The position numbers were made by a program, and so were the translations under genes. A stretch of DNA of 63,177 nt, counting the filler, from Pirum gemmata (Eukaryota): the NCBI GenBank assembly GCA_002812295.1. It is 23 parts of 23 records of this genome, joined end to end, with 100 filler letters (N's around TTAATTAATTAA, not from the genome) between each part and the next. Parts side by side here need not be neighbours in the genome. Positions count along the whole stretch, not along the records: positions 24,349 to 26,746 come from PDIN01006334.1; positions 26,847 to 29,276 come from PDIN01006335.1; positions 29,377 to 31,811 come from PDIN01006336.1; positions 31,912 to 34,338 come from PDIN01006337.1; positions 34,439 to 37,724 come from PDIN01006338.1; positions 37,825 to 40,241 come from PDIN01006339.1; 17 more parts are not named here. One strand, 5' to 3'. Below are positions 24,920 to 37,858 of the stretch, in pieces. Every line of letters begins with the position of its first letter. The first letter of the stretch is position 1. The notes under the pieces were generated by a model. That model was not told the DNA's origin and searched no databases. It saw only the letters and a program-made list of their open reading frames with translations.

Positions 24920-26450
24920 TTATGATTATGGTTATGATTATGGTTATGATTATGGTTATGATTATGGTTATGATTATGGTTATGTTTATGGTTATGGTTA
25001 TGGTTATGTTTATGGTTATGGTTATGATTGTGGTTATGGTTATATTGTTATAAATGGTTATAAATGGTTATGGTTATGGTTGTGGTTATGGTTATGGTTA
25101 TGGTTCTGGTTATGGTTATATATGTTTATGGTTATGGTAATTGTTATGGTTATGGTTATGGTTATGGTTATGATTATGATTATGATTATATGGTTATGGT
25201 TATAGTTATGGTTATGGTTATGGTTATGGTTATATGGTTATGGTTATGGTTATGGTTATATTAATATATGGCTGTAATTATGATGATGATGATTATGATG
25301 ATGATAATTATGATGGTTATGGTTATGGTTATATGGTTCTGGTTATATGGTTATGGTTATACGGTTATGGTTATGGTTAATTTAAGATTATAATTATTTA
25401 AAGATTATTTTAATTATTGTTATGGTTATGGTTATGGTTATGGTTACCTAGCTACTGCGATTATGGTTATAGCTATGGTTCTGGTTATGATTATGATTAT
25501 ATATGATTATGATTATGATGATGATTCTATATGATTATGCTTATGATTATGATTATACATAATATTATGGTTATGGTTGTGTTAATGTTGATAGTTATGG
25601 TTATTTCAATGTTAAAATGTTAATGCTCATGGTTATATATGGTTGCCATTAGGATGATGAGGATTATGATTATGATTATTTATGATTATGATTATGATTA
25701 TATATAATATTATGGTTATGGTTGTGTTAATGTTTATAGTTATGGTTATGTCAATTTTAATGTTAATGCTTATGGTTATATATGGTTGTAATTATGATAA
25801 TGAGGATTATGATAATGATAATTATGATGGTTAACGTTATGGTTATGGTTATATGGCTATTAATATGTTTATATGGTTATGGTTATATGGTTATGGTTAT
25901 GGTTAAGATTATAATTATTGTTATGGTTATGGTTATGGTTATGTTTACCTAGTTACTACGATTATGGTTATGGCTATGGTTCTGGTTATGATTATGATTA
26001 TATATGATTATGATTATGATTATACATAATATTATGGTTATGGTTGTGTTAATGTTGATAGTTATGGTTTTGTCAATTTTAATGTTAATGCTTATGGTTA
26101 TACATGGTTGTAATTATGATGATGAGGATTATGATAAGGATAATTATTATGGTTATGGTTATGGCTATGATTATATGGTTATGATTATATGGTTATGGTT
26201 ATGGTTAAGATTATAATTATTGTTATTGTTATGGTTATGGTTATGGTTACCTAGCTACTACGATTATGGTTATGGCTATGGTTCTGGTTATGATTATGGT
26301 TATATATGATTATGATTATGATTATATATAATATTATGGTTTGGTTGTGTTAATGTTTATAGTTATGGTTATGTTAATGTTAATGCTTATGTTTTTATGT
26401 TGATGATCAGGCTGCTGCTTATGATTTTGATTATGGTTGGTTATGGTTGC
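24920..26450 (+). repeat. (TTATGG/TTATGA)n satellite with ~300-500-bp higher-order units
   Basis: Anchor TTACCTAGCTACT(G/A)CGATTATGG recurs at ~25444, ~25945 and ~26247. Confidence 0.85.
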
Positions 26451-26862
26451 TGACTGTTGCTGTTTTTACTGTTGTGTTGTTGATAGATCAATTCTGTTAA
26501 TACATTTTTTGTTTTTTGTTTGTCTTTTTTTGTCAGATTTTAGGTTTCTCTCGGTTGTTCACTACCAGCAGTCTATTCAATAACAACAACAACAAAAACT
26601 CAAAACAGAAAAGCAAACAAAAATCAACAACAAACCGACAACAATAATTATGTAGAGGTTAATAATACCATTTATATTTTATAATAATAATATATATTAA
26701 ATTGTTGTCGGTTTTGCTTTTTTTTTTTTTTTTTTTTTTTTTTTTTNNNNNNNNNNNNNNNNNNNNNNNNNNNNNNNNNNNNNNNNNNNNTTAATTAATT
26801 AANNNNNNNNNNNNNNNNNNNNNNNNNNNNNNNNNNNNNNNNNNNNAATAATAATAATAATA

Positions 26863-29236
26863 ATGAGTACACAAGTATTAAGTAATTCGTTGCCAGTTGG
26901 TAACAATGTCTTAGATAGAAATTCAGTGCTCCATTCTGGAGTTGTAGTGGAGGTTCAATTTTCTAAAAGTAACAATGACAATAAAAATAACAATAACAAT
27001 GACAATAACAACGACAATGACAATAATGATAGCAATAGCAATAACAATAACAATAAAAATAAAAATAATAGTAACACTAATACCAACCTAAGTAAGAGCA
27101 ATAGTAATAGTTGTGATAATACTGAAAACAATAAAAATAATAAAAATAATAAAAGCAATATTAATGGTTATACCAATTATACAGATGGACTTACCAATTA
27201 TACAGATGGACTTAGTATCAGCCCAGATGAAAGTGAGGATGAACTAGATAACGACAATGAAAGTATCCTTACTAATAAAACTATAAAAGAAAACGAAAAT
27301 AAAATAAAACGAAATAATGCTATCCGAGAATTAATAGAAACCGAAGCTCAGTATACGGCAGATATACATATTTTACTTAATTATTATGCTTTCTATTTAA
27401 ATCAAACTAATCTACTAAATCAAAAACAACACGACCAATTGTTTTTGGATATGTATCCTATTTATGCTTTTGCGTTGAAATTTGAAAAAATGTTGAAAGT
27501 TAGTTCTCTGGAAACAAAACATGATGACGATGATGTGTTCGAAGAATTGGAGCAGTACATAGATAGTATCGGAAAAGTATTTGTAGATAACATTAATGAA
27601 TTTGAAAAGAATTACTTGAATTATTGTTGTTATGGCTCTGAGGTTTGTTCAAATTTTAGTTGTTATTTGTATTTTTGGTTTTTGTTTTTGGTTTTGGTTT
27701 TGGATATGGCTTATGGTTATGGGTTATGGGTTATGGGTTATGGGTTATGGGTTATGGGTTATGGGTTATGGGTTATGGGTTATGGGTTATGGTTGTAGTT
27801 ATAGCTGTGGTTATGGCTGTAGTTATGGTTGTATTTAGGGTTGTAGTTGTAGTTATAGTTATAGTTATAGTTATAGTTATAGTTATAGTTATAGTTTTAT
27901 AGTTATAGTTATAGGTATAGGTATAGTTATAGTTATGGTTATAATTGTGGTTATAGTTATGGATGGTTATGGTTATGCTTATGGATGGTTATGGTTATGG
28001 TTATGGCTATGGTTATGGATGGTTATGGTTATGAATATGGTAATTATTTTGTATATACTAATGATTATGATCATGATTATGATTGTGGTTTTGATTATGC
28101 TTACGGTTATTGCTATTATGGATATGTTTAGCCTTTTATTTCTTTTTTGTTATAGTTTTTTATTTTATTGTTGTACTATGTCTATATTTATGATTATGGT
28201 TATGGTTATGGTTTTGACTTTGGTTATGATTATGGTTATGGTTGTGGTTATGTTTATTATTTTGACTTTGGTTATGGTTATGGTTGTGGTTAACTGTGGT
28301 TATATCTATCCTTACGTTTATGGTAAGGTTTTGTACATTATGGAAAATATAGGTTTATTAATATTATTATTTATGGTTGTGGTTATGATTATGATTTATT
28401 GTTATGGTTATGGTTATAGCTATGTTTATGGTTATGTCAATTATGATTATGATTATGATTAAACATGGTTATGGTCATGGTCATTGTTATGGTTATGGTT
28501 ATAGTTATGGTTATGGTTATGGTTATGGTTATGGTTATGTGGTTATGGTTATGGTTATGGTTATGTGGTTATGGTTATGGTTATGGTTATGGTTATGGTT
28601 ATGGTTATGGTTATGGTTATGGTTGTGGTTATGGTTATGGTTATGGTCATGGTCATGGTCATGGTCATGGATAGGTTATGAATATGGTTGTGGTTATGGT
28701 TATGGTTAAGGTTAAGGTTAGGGTTGTGGTTATGGTTATGGTTATGGTTATGGTTATGGTTATGGTCATGGTTATGGTTATGGTTATGGTTATGTTTATG
28801 ATTATGATTTTGGTAACGTATAGTTATTGTTGTGATTATGATTACGTTAGGTTTTAAATTATTAATGTATCTATTAATTATTTTTATTACTATTATTATT
28901 ATTCATGATATCCACTTACCCCCAGTATATTAAGCTAACCTTAATTAAAATTAATGAATATTAACGACAATAAAAATAGGAAAAACAAGAAATACATAAA
29001 CATTATTTAGCAAACAATCCAAAATTTCAACACGCCCAAAATCATTTAAACGAGTCTCAAAAACAATTAAGCAAAAATGACAGTATTAAAAATGTGCTTC
29101 CCCCAAGCCCGGTTGCGACCGTACCTAACGCAAAACCTTCTGGTGCTTTAAAAAGAATTAGTAGTGTACGACGTGCGAAATCTATTGGTAAAAAAGATAG
29201 GCCTACTAATCCAGTCAATAATAATAAGAAGAGAAG
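26863..29236 (+). CDS. Dbl-homology (RhoGEF) protein, partial; exons ~26863-27642 and ~28980-29236
   Basis: KRNNAIRELIETEAQYTADIHIL (DH CR1), QLFLDM, IGKVF, YLNYC. The second exon reads KYIKHYLANNPKFQ... The exact acceptor phase is unresolved; the ~1.3-kb intron is filled with satellite. Confidence 0.8.
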
Positions 29237-29383
29237 GTATACCTTATTATAATTAATATTATTATTATTATTATTANNNNNNNNNNNNNNNNNNNNNNNN
29301 NNNNNNNNNNNNNNNNNNNNTTAATTAATTAANNNNNNNNNNNNNNNNNNNNNNNNNNNNNNNNNNNNNNNNNNNNCCTGAGA

Positions 29384-29463
29384 CCCTAACCCTAACCCTA
29401 ACCCTAACCCTAACCCTAACCCTAACCCTAACCCTAACCTTCTAACCCTAACCCTAACCCTAA
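29384..29463 (-). repeat. (CCCTAA)n telomere-type array
   Basis: Read directly near the contig start. Confidence 0.9.
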
Positions 29464-29619
29464 AAAGTGTAGACTTGGGGTAGCTTCTCCCAATTCTGCT
29501 CAGTTTAAAAATCGAGAATTCGAGTCTATATATTAATTAATAAGTTCGGAATTTTCAAGCTTACAATTAAGTATTCAAATATAATATTTATTCATAAACC
29601 CAAAAAATACGAAAAAAAA

Positions 29620-30976
29620 ATATTTTTCGAATGTAGCTGAATTTTGGCTTTTTTTGACAGCAGAAATTCGAGTTTATTTTATTTTTTTCTTCATATTTTT
29701 GCTTGTAAACCATGTGTAAATTTTGCTTTGCAATGGCTATGCAAAAGGAAATTTTAAATTTATTGTGTCTAACAACGACAACAACAACAAAAAACAACAA
29801 CATAAAAAACAACGTCAACAACATCAACATCATCAACATCAATATCAACAACAACGTTAACAACAACAACAACAACAACAACAACAAACAAAAACGACAA
29901 AAAACAACATCAACAACATCAACATCATCAGCAACAACAAAAACCAACAACAACTAAAAACAACATCAGCAACATCAATACCATCAACATCAATATCAAC
30001 AAAAACAACAACAACAACACGTACACATGTATTAATATTAATACAATCATCGATCATGTGCAACAACAACAACATGTATTAATACAATCATCGATCATAT
30101 GCAACAACAACAACAACAACAACAACAAATTTCAAAGTGATGTGATAACATGTATCATATGCACTTTTGTGGGGCCGTGTATAAATTTGTTGTGTTGCTG
30201 TTCTTATTATATAAAAAGTAATATTAATATGGTTTTCGAATGTAGCTGAATTTTGGCTTTTTTCGACAGCAGAAATTCGAGTTTATTTTATTTTTTTCTT
30301 CATATTTTTGCTTGTAAACCATGTGATCATCAACATCAATATCAACAACAACGTTAACAACAACAACAACAACAACAAACAAAAACGACAAAAAACAACA
30401 TCAACAACATCAACATTATCATGCAACATCAATATTAATATCAACAACAACAACAACAAAAACCAACAACGACTAAAAACAACATCAGCAACATCAATAT
30501 CATCAACATCAATATCAACAAAAACAACAACAACAACATGTATTAATACAATCATCGATCATGTGCAACAACAACAACAACAACAACAACAAATTTCAAA
30601 GTGATATGATAACATGTATTATATGCACTTTTGTGTATAAATTTGTTGTGTTGATAAAAAGTAATATTAATATGGTTTTCGAATGTAGCTGAATTTTGAC
30701 TTTTTTTGACAGCAAAAATTCGAGTTTATTTTATTTTTTTCTTCATATTTTTGCTTGTAAACCATGTGTAAATTTTGCTATGCAAAAGGAAATTTTAAAT
30801 TATTTATTGTGTCTAACAACAACATCAACAACAAAAAACAACAGCGACAAAAAACAACATCAGCAACATCAATATCATCAACATCAATATCAACAACAAC
30901 AACAACAACAACAAAAAAAAAAACAACAACGATAAAAAACAACATCAGCAACATCAATGTCATCAACAACAATATT

Positions 30977-31031
<55 letters not shown>

Positions 31032-31035
31032 TGNT

Positions 31036-31078
<43 letters not shown>

Positions 31079-31084
31079 ATTTCA
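29620..31084 (+). repeat. Three tandem copies of a ~450-600-bp CAA-rich unit
   Basis: TTTTCGAATGTAGCTGAATTTTG at ~29623, ~30234 and ~30676. Confidence 0.85.
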
Positions 31085-31087
31085 CCC

Positions 31088-31371
31088 TTAGGGTTAGGGT
31101 TAGGGTTAGGGGTTAGGGTTAGGGTTAGGGTTAGGGGTTAGGGTTAGGGTTAGGGTTAGTATAAAATTAGGGTTAGGGTTAGGGTTAGGGTTAACCCTAT
31201 GGCGAACCACTCTACGCTAATTAACTAACCCTATATCTTCCAAACTCTTTTTCAGAAAATTTCTTGTATTATTAATAGAGCGTGGTTGGGTTAGGGTTAG
31301 GGTTAAGGTTAGGGTTAGGGTTAGGGTTAGGGTTAAGGTTAGGGTTAGGGGTTAGGCAGTTAGGGTTAGGG
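31088..31371 (+). repeat. Interstitial (TTAGGG)n arrays
   Basis: Read directly; followed by non-telomeric DNA with family A copies at ~31440-31590 and ~31661-31811. Confidence 0.9.
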
Positions 31372-32468
31372 TATTTTTAAATTTATTCTAATATAAATTA
31401 TAAAAATCAAAATGAAAAACATAAATAAAAAAGTACCAAATATTTATTTGGTTGGTTATAATCTTTAAATTGACATTTTTAAATCAATATATAAATAATA
31501 AAATATACCAAATTAAATTAAATGGATTTATATTATATTAATTTGGTAGTACTTCTTGTATATTTTATGATGACAAAACCACTGAAAACCACTGAAAACC
31601 ACCATCTAGACATCTAGACTAGTCTACAACACTCTACAACGGTAGACTAGTCTATATAATTATCGTTCTTTTCAGTTGTTTTGTCGCCATAAAATATACA
31701 ATAAATAGTACCAAATTAATAAAATATAAGTCCATTTTATTTAATTTGGTATATTTTATAATATATTTATTTATTTAAAAATGTCAACTTAAATATTATA
31801 ACCAACCAAATNNNNNNNNNNNNNNNNNNNNNNNNNNNNNNNNNNNNNNNNNNNNTTAATTAATTAANNNNNNNNNNNNNNNNNNNNNNNNNNNNNNNNN
31901 NNNNNNNNNNNGAAGGTTATCAGTCTTTTTTTAATTACAAGTTCTAAAATTTTTGATATTGTTGGTAGTAGACTTATTTATTTATTTATATATTTATATA
32001 TTTATATATTTATATATTTATATATTTATAGACCCCTATTTATATATTTATATATTTAATTATTTATTTATTTATTTATTTAATTATTTAGTTAGTTATT
32101 TATTTATTTATTTATTTAAAAAATGGCCATTGGTTCATAATAGAATTTTCTTAGTTAGACGATTTCTCAAATTTTGGTGTGCATTTTCATCAAAATTGGA
32201 GCATTTTGAGATTCCGTCAGATTTTGAGCTCATATGGCGGATTTCGGTGATATTTTTCGAACGTGTCGTTTTATTATATTTTATTATCATATCGTGCTTT
32301 TCAGTTATTTTGTAGATGATAACGACAAATTGAAAAAAATCATTTTGATTAATTTTAATATCGATCATGGGTATTTATTATAGATTTGAAATTAAAAAAA
32401 GAATTCGAATTATGCGAAAATTAATTAACGAAAAAAACTTCCCGAAAGTAAATAACTTCGGAAAAGCA

Positions 32469-33690
32469 TCAGAATTTTTTTACATTATTCGACAAATATA
32501 TAGCAGTTCGTGCAGCTCCACTTTTACCTTTCGAGATATCAGCGAATTTTGTTAAAAACTTTAAAATCTGTTTTTCTTTCGTTTCTTCGAAAATTTTCAT
32601 CATTTGATTAATATTTTGTTTATCCAATGTTATTTTTAAAGTACTTTTAAAATCCAAAACATCTTCAATTTTCATATCGTCCACCAACTCTTTTCCAATA
32701 AGATCACGCGACTCTTTCAGTTCCTTCATTGCTTCCATTTTTTCCATACGATTTCTTAATTCTCTAGTTTCTTTCTCAATAAAATTCTTCTGCAACTCTG
32801 TATTCGCAGCAACCTCTTTTTTCAATTGATTAATTACCTCAGAGGGAATATATGATAATTCAGTGGCGTCAACGTTATTTTCTTTGACAGCCCTAACTAC
32901 TAATTCTTCTTTCTTTTTTTGTAAGTGTAAAAGTTGCTCTACCTGGGCTTGTTTTTCTAATTCGTAAGTTTTCCAAAATTGTTCTGTTAAATCTTCATGA
33001 TTAGTTTTGGTTAAAATTGTATACCAGAATTCTTGTAAACGACCCATTTCAGTTATTTGTTTTGCAGTTAATTGCTCAATAGCTTTAACATTAAACAATT
33101 TTTTCAATATTTCAGTGATACTATTTCCACCAAAACGAATCAATTCTAAAAACTTTTTAAACACAATTTTAGAACTAGGATAAATAGCATTAAAAACAGA
33201 GGTCAAAAGTTTTCCAAGTTTATTATTACCTAATTTCTTGAAAATTGGTGACAAAAACGCTTGAATTTTAATATAATCTCTAACCATAGTTTCACAATAT
33301 TCTTTGAAAATATATTTAGAGGAATCAATAATATACTTAAAATTACTAACACCTCGCATGTATTTTGTTAACAAATATTGTCTTTTTTCACCTCCCTTTG
33401 TCATCAATTTTACAACATAATACATATCTAAATCTTGATCCAAAGTTCTCATCCTTTTTAATAGAGTTAAGTAAACTCCTATTTCTCTTAATCTAATGTA
33501 TTGTCGTTTAATAAACACTTGAAACCCCTCAGCAATTGTGATTAATACTTTGGAATTAATTTTTGTTGCAATTTTCTTTAATATTTTAGTAAGAATTAAC
33601 TCACTCATTTCTGTTTGAGCTACTTGTTCTAATTCTGTCATGTATCTTTTGTATAGTTTTATGGCTTCGTATTGGGCTATTTCATCATTT

Positions 33691-33691
<1 letters not shown>
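32469..33691 (-). CDS. Large terminal exon of an uncharacterised helical/coiled-coil protein (~407 codons)
   Basis: Acceptor TTCAG at 33696-33692 extends the 390-aa ORF in frame (NDEIAQYEAIKLYKRYMTELEQ...). No family recognised. Confidence 0.75.
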
Positions 33692-33726
<35 letters not shown>

Positions 33727-34164
33727 TAATAATAATAATAACGATAATAACAATAGTAATAATAACTATGATAACTAAAAAAAAATGAATGATTATATGA
33801 TGTTTTAAAATCTTTAAAAAATAGAATTAACAGTAAGTCTAGTGATAATGATAATTAAATTAGTATCAACCAATAATAATGATAAAATCATTTTTATTAT
33901 TGTGTTTGTTTACTTGCACTCTCATTATTGGTATACTACAGCTGCTGTACTATTTAATAATAAAAATGACAAATCATAACATGGTAAAAACACATAATGA
34001 TAAACCTCAATAACAATGACAAAGCATAACATGACAAGAACACCACTAATCTAATAACAATATTATTAATGGTGACAAAATAAACATATCAGATTTATTA
34101 TATAGTTAATCAATGTTTTATATCATAATATAACAATAAACACGAATTTTTAATAAAATTTCAG

Positions 34165-34288
34165 AAAAAGAGCTTCAAACAAAGCGGAGGGATTAAATTA
34201 CCTAAGACAAGGAAACAAATCAGCAGCAATGGCTTGTTTTCAGAAGTGCGTGGATGTCTCTCCCACAATGGCCTATGAAGTTATAAAA
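34165..34288 (+). CDS. EXO1: Internal exon of exonuclease 1 (XPG/Rad2 family)
   Basis: TTTCAG acceptor and AAA|GTAAC donor. It translates KRASNKAEGLNYLRQGNKSAAMACFQKCVDVSPTMAYEVIK, the EXO1 helical-arch segment (A...FQKCVD.TP.MA). Confidence 0.88.
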
Positions 34289-34588
34289 GTAACAGTGTAT
34301 TTTTTTTATTGTTGTTAAATATTATTATTATTATTATTNNNNNNNNNNNNNNNNNNNNNNNNNNNNNNNNNNNNNNNNNNNNTTAATTAATTAANNNNNN
34401 NNNNNNNNNNNNNNNNNNNNNNNNNNNNNNNNNNNNNNGCTAAAACTAACATTTTAATTAAATAATCAACTATTTTTTTTTTTTTTTTGAGAAATTGCTT
34501 CTTTATTGAAATTAAAAAAAAAAAAATTATAATATAATAATTAATCTTTTTTTTTTTATTTATGTTAGAGATAATATCATCGATATAA

Positions 34589-36558
34589 TTAATATTGCTC
34601 TAATCTTCTCCTTAGTTTCATTACTAGATCCAATTCTTGTAAGTATTCCTCGTCTGTTAACTTATCTGGTTTTGTGTGTTTAGATTTTAAATTTGAGAAA
34701 TTTTGGGTCATACCAAAATTCTCCTTCGTTCGCTAGTAAATTCCAGTCGTCTTCGTACTGCAATACATCTTCAACGCTAAAGCCATGATCTTTTTTATGG
34801 GTTTGAATTGTTGATTTTCCCTTTTTTAAAATCCCCTTTGGTTTGGTGTCGTGTAAGTCTTTTGTTGAGGCAATAACCACATCATCTATAGCCACATCGT
34901 CTTCGTACATGTGTAAATGCTCGATGTCAAAGCCGTGAGCTGTTCTATCCTTTTGACGTGACTGCATATGCATTAGATCCTTCTTTTTTAAAATTCCCTC
35001 TGGCTTGGTTACATGTAAGTCTTTTGTTGATGCTGATGGCGAATCTACATCTTCACTATATCGTAATAAACGTTTAAACTTTTCCTTTAGACGCAAAATA
35101 CGAGCTTTCCAACTATTTTTGTACATAGACCCAGTGTCAATTCCAGCAATATGTAATTGTATTTTTAAATTTATTTTTCGGTCTCTCAACATTTGGTAAC
35201 GTTTGTATTCTGGAGTCCTTTTTCCTCTTAAAAATTGGCCAAAATGTTGTGAGGCTAATTCATTTATCTCGTTTTGGATAACATCAAGTTGTTGGTGCTT
35301 AGCTCTGATTTCGGCTTCGGCTAATGCATCCTCGGCCCTTTTCCTGTTTCGAGAAAGCAAGTCACGTTGTTGTTGCCGTTTAGCTATGTATTCGTCTAAT
35401 TCTTTCCTCTCGTCTTCGTGTAAGTGACCAAAATCTGTTTTCATTTTCTTTTCTAACCTGCATCCTATATTTTTCCATTTCTTCGTGCCTTTTTTTTAGA
35501 TAGTCAGTTGCACCATCTGGCTGTTTAGAAGGGGTCCTATCAACCACAGTCGCAGCTTCGTCGAAGTTCCTGGTGGCTGTCTTTTTATTGACGTCAGTTG
35601 CAGCATCTGCCTGTTTAGAAACGTCTTTTTTTAATTTAGCTGCCCCGCGCCGTTTAGCCGCTGTATCTATAAGTACGTCCATGTTAAGGGGTGTCTTATC
35701 AACCACAGCCGCAGCTTCGTTGAAGTTCCTGGTGGCTGTCTTAGCCTCCATAACTGCAGCTTCGTCCAAGTGACTGGTGGCTGTCTTAGTCATACCTCCA
35801 AGGAAATCCAACACAGCGCCGAAAGTTCTTCTTTGTCTTTGTCCTCGTGTTGGTTGCAAAGCATGACCTTGATGGCAGTCTGTTGTTATTAATTTTAATT
35901 TTGCCGATACTGCGGTTGTCAAGTTTTCAAACCCAGATATAGCGAAAGAGTGTAAAACACTTTCCAACCCAAACAAGTTTATTCCATTGTAAACAGTAGT
36001 AACTTTACCATTGGTTGTATCAGTAGCAGTTATTGTCATTTGCAATTCAACATTAACAGCAACATCGTTTACATCTTGTACCTGTGTAATATTTTCAAAG
36101 TGGTCACTAATATTTGATTTCACATCAATGATATATCCACTCTCTTTGACTAACTCTTCTAATTGTTTGTTTTCTTTCGAGCAAACATTGTTGAAAGATG
36201 TAGTCAAAGATTGTAGCTCATTTTTTTTTTGTTCTTCTTCCAGGGTTTGTAAATAGTTATAATAATCATTATCTTTTAACATTTCCTCAAATGCAAATGA
36301 TAAGACCATGACTTGTGTATCAGGAAGCAAGGCATTGTAGTGTTTTTTAGCATTTTCTAGATCTGTGTCATTCTGTTTCACACTGTTGTAATAATTCTCA
36401 AGAATTTGAAGTTGTTCCAGTTCCCATTTTTGTACTTCTGTATATCTAGATGTAGTATTAATAGATTCCTGAGGTAGGTTAATGATGGATGCTGCTTGGA
36501 CAATGATTGTATGTGTGTGAACTAAAAGAACACCACAAATTTTGAAAGCAAAGTTCAT
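34589..36558 (-). pseudogene. Secreted preproprotein gene broken by two apparent +1 frameshifts (joins ORFs 35380..36558 and 34680..35444 plus a tail)
   Basis: Signal peptide and RQRR site at 35827-35838. Removing one A at 35445 gives RKEMKTDFG. A further shift near 34700 gives KSKHTKPDKLTDEEYLQELDLVMKLRRRLEQY*. Could be assembly error instead of decay. Confidence 0.65.
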
Positions 36559-37824
36559 ATTTTCTTAAAAAAAATAATGGATAATAAAGAAATACTTTCT
36601 CTTTCTAGGTAATAATCAAAGAAATACTTTTTCCTTTGATGTTTAATTGAATAAATTTCTGTTTCTTTTAAAATAGTAATAAAGAAATACTTTCTCTATA
36701 ATAAGCAAAGAAATACTTTTTCCTTTAATGTTTGATTGAATAAACTTCTGGTTTTTTAAAAATAGATAATATATTAATAATTATACATCTCTATTTATAT
36801 AGATTCAAAAAAGAAAAAAAAAGAAACAATCTCGTATATATATATATATATATTTTTTTTTTACAATTAATTTTCAAAAAAACNNNNNNNNNNNNNNNNN
36901 NNNNNNNNNNNNNNNNNNNNNNNNNNNNAAAAAAAATTTTGTTTATATAGTATGTTGTGCCTTTATCATCAATCAAAATTCACCGATGCTTAGAAAACTT
37001 TTGTTATTATATCTTTGTGATTAGTCGATAATCTGATAGTGTAGGATTAAAAGATTATTAAATTTTGTTTCAATTGTTTCCAAACAAAATTATAGAACAA
37101 AAGTGAACAAAATTACCTGTAAAGTATTTTTAATAATAATAATAATAATATAATAATAATAGGGTTAGGGTTAGGGTTAGGGTTAGGGTTAGTACTCAAT
37201 AGTAGTAGTAGTAGTAGTAGCAGTAGTAGTAGAGGTTTCATAGTAGCAGTAGTATTGGAAGTAGAAGTAGTAGTTATAGTAGTATCATTATATTAATACT
37301 GGTAGTAGCAATAGTAATAATAAAAATAATAAGAATAAGAATAAGAATAAGAAGCAGAAAGTTGAGTTTTAGGGGCAGAATTCGGAGAAGTCTAGTCAAT
37401 AGCCCGATAGAGTAGGATAAAAAGATTATTTGTTGAAAATCTTCAACTATATATATGATACCATCAAATAGAAACCCTCAAAGGGTTAGGGTTAGGGTTA
37501 GGGTTAGGATTAGGGTTAGGTTTAGGTTTAGGGTTATGGTTAGGGTTAGGGTTAGCAATGTGGCGTAAGGGTTGTAGAGTATTTTGTTAGTTAGGCCTAT
37601 GAAACATACAATTTCTTCTTTCAGCAGTAGTACTCAGTAGTAGTAGTAGTAGCAGCAGTAATAATAATAATAATAATAGTAGTAAACAAAGAAAGTCGAA
37701 TTATAATGAAAAATATTAATAGGANNNNNNNNNNNNNNNNNNNNNNNNNNNNNNNNNNNNNNNNNNNNTTAATTAATTAANNNNNNNNNNNNNNNNNNNN
37801 NNNNNNNNNNNNNNNNNNNNNNNN

Positions 37825-37858
<34 letters not shown>

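Noticed and set aside
23372..31141. Many ORFs of YCIVL, GYGYGY, MVMVMV, poly-L/N/Q type
   Set aside because: Translations of microsatellites that are open in several frames; only the RhoGEF exons are supported.
32135..32368. 77-aa minus-strand ORF downstream of the orphan exon
   Set aside because: Overlaps a family-A-like terminus (TATCGTGCTTTTCAG); likely non-coding repeat DNA.
34202..34272. Minus-strand exon for the orphan gene (AG...GT present)
   Set aside because: The plus strand gives a clear EXO1 match; the minus-strand sites are probably chance.
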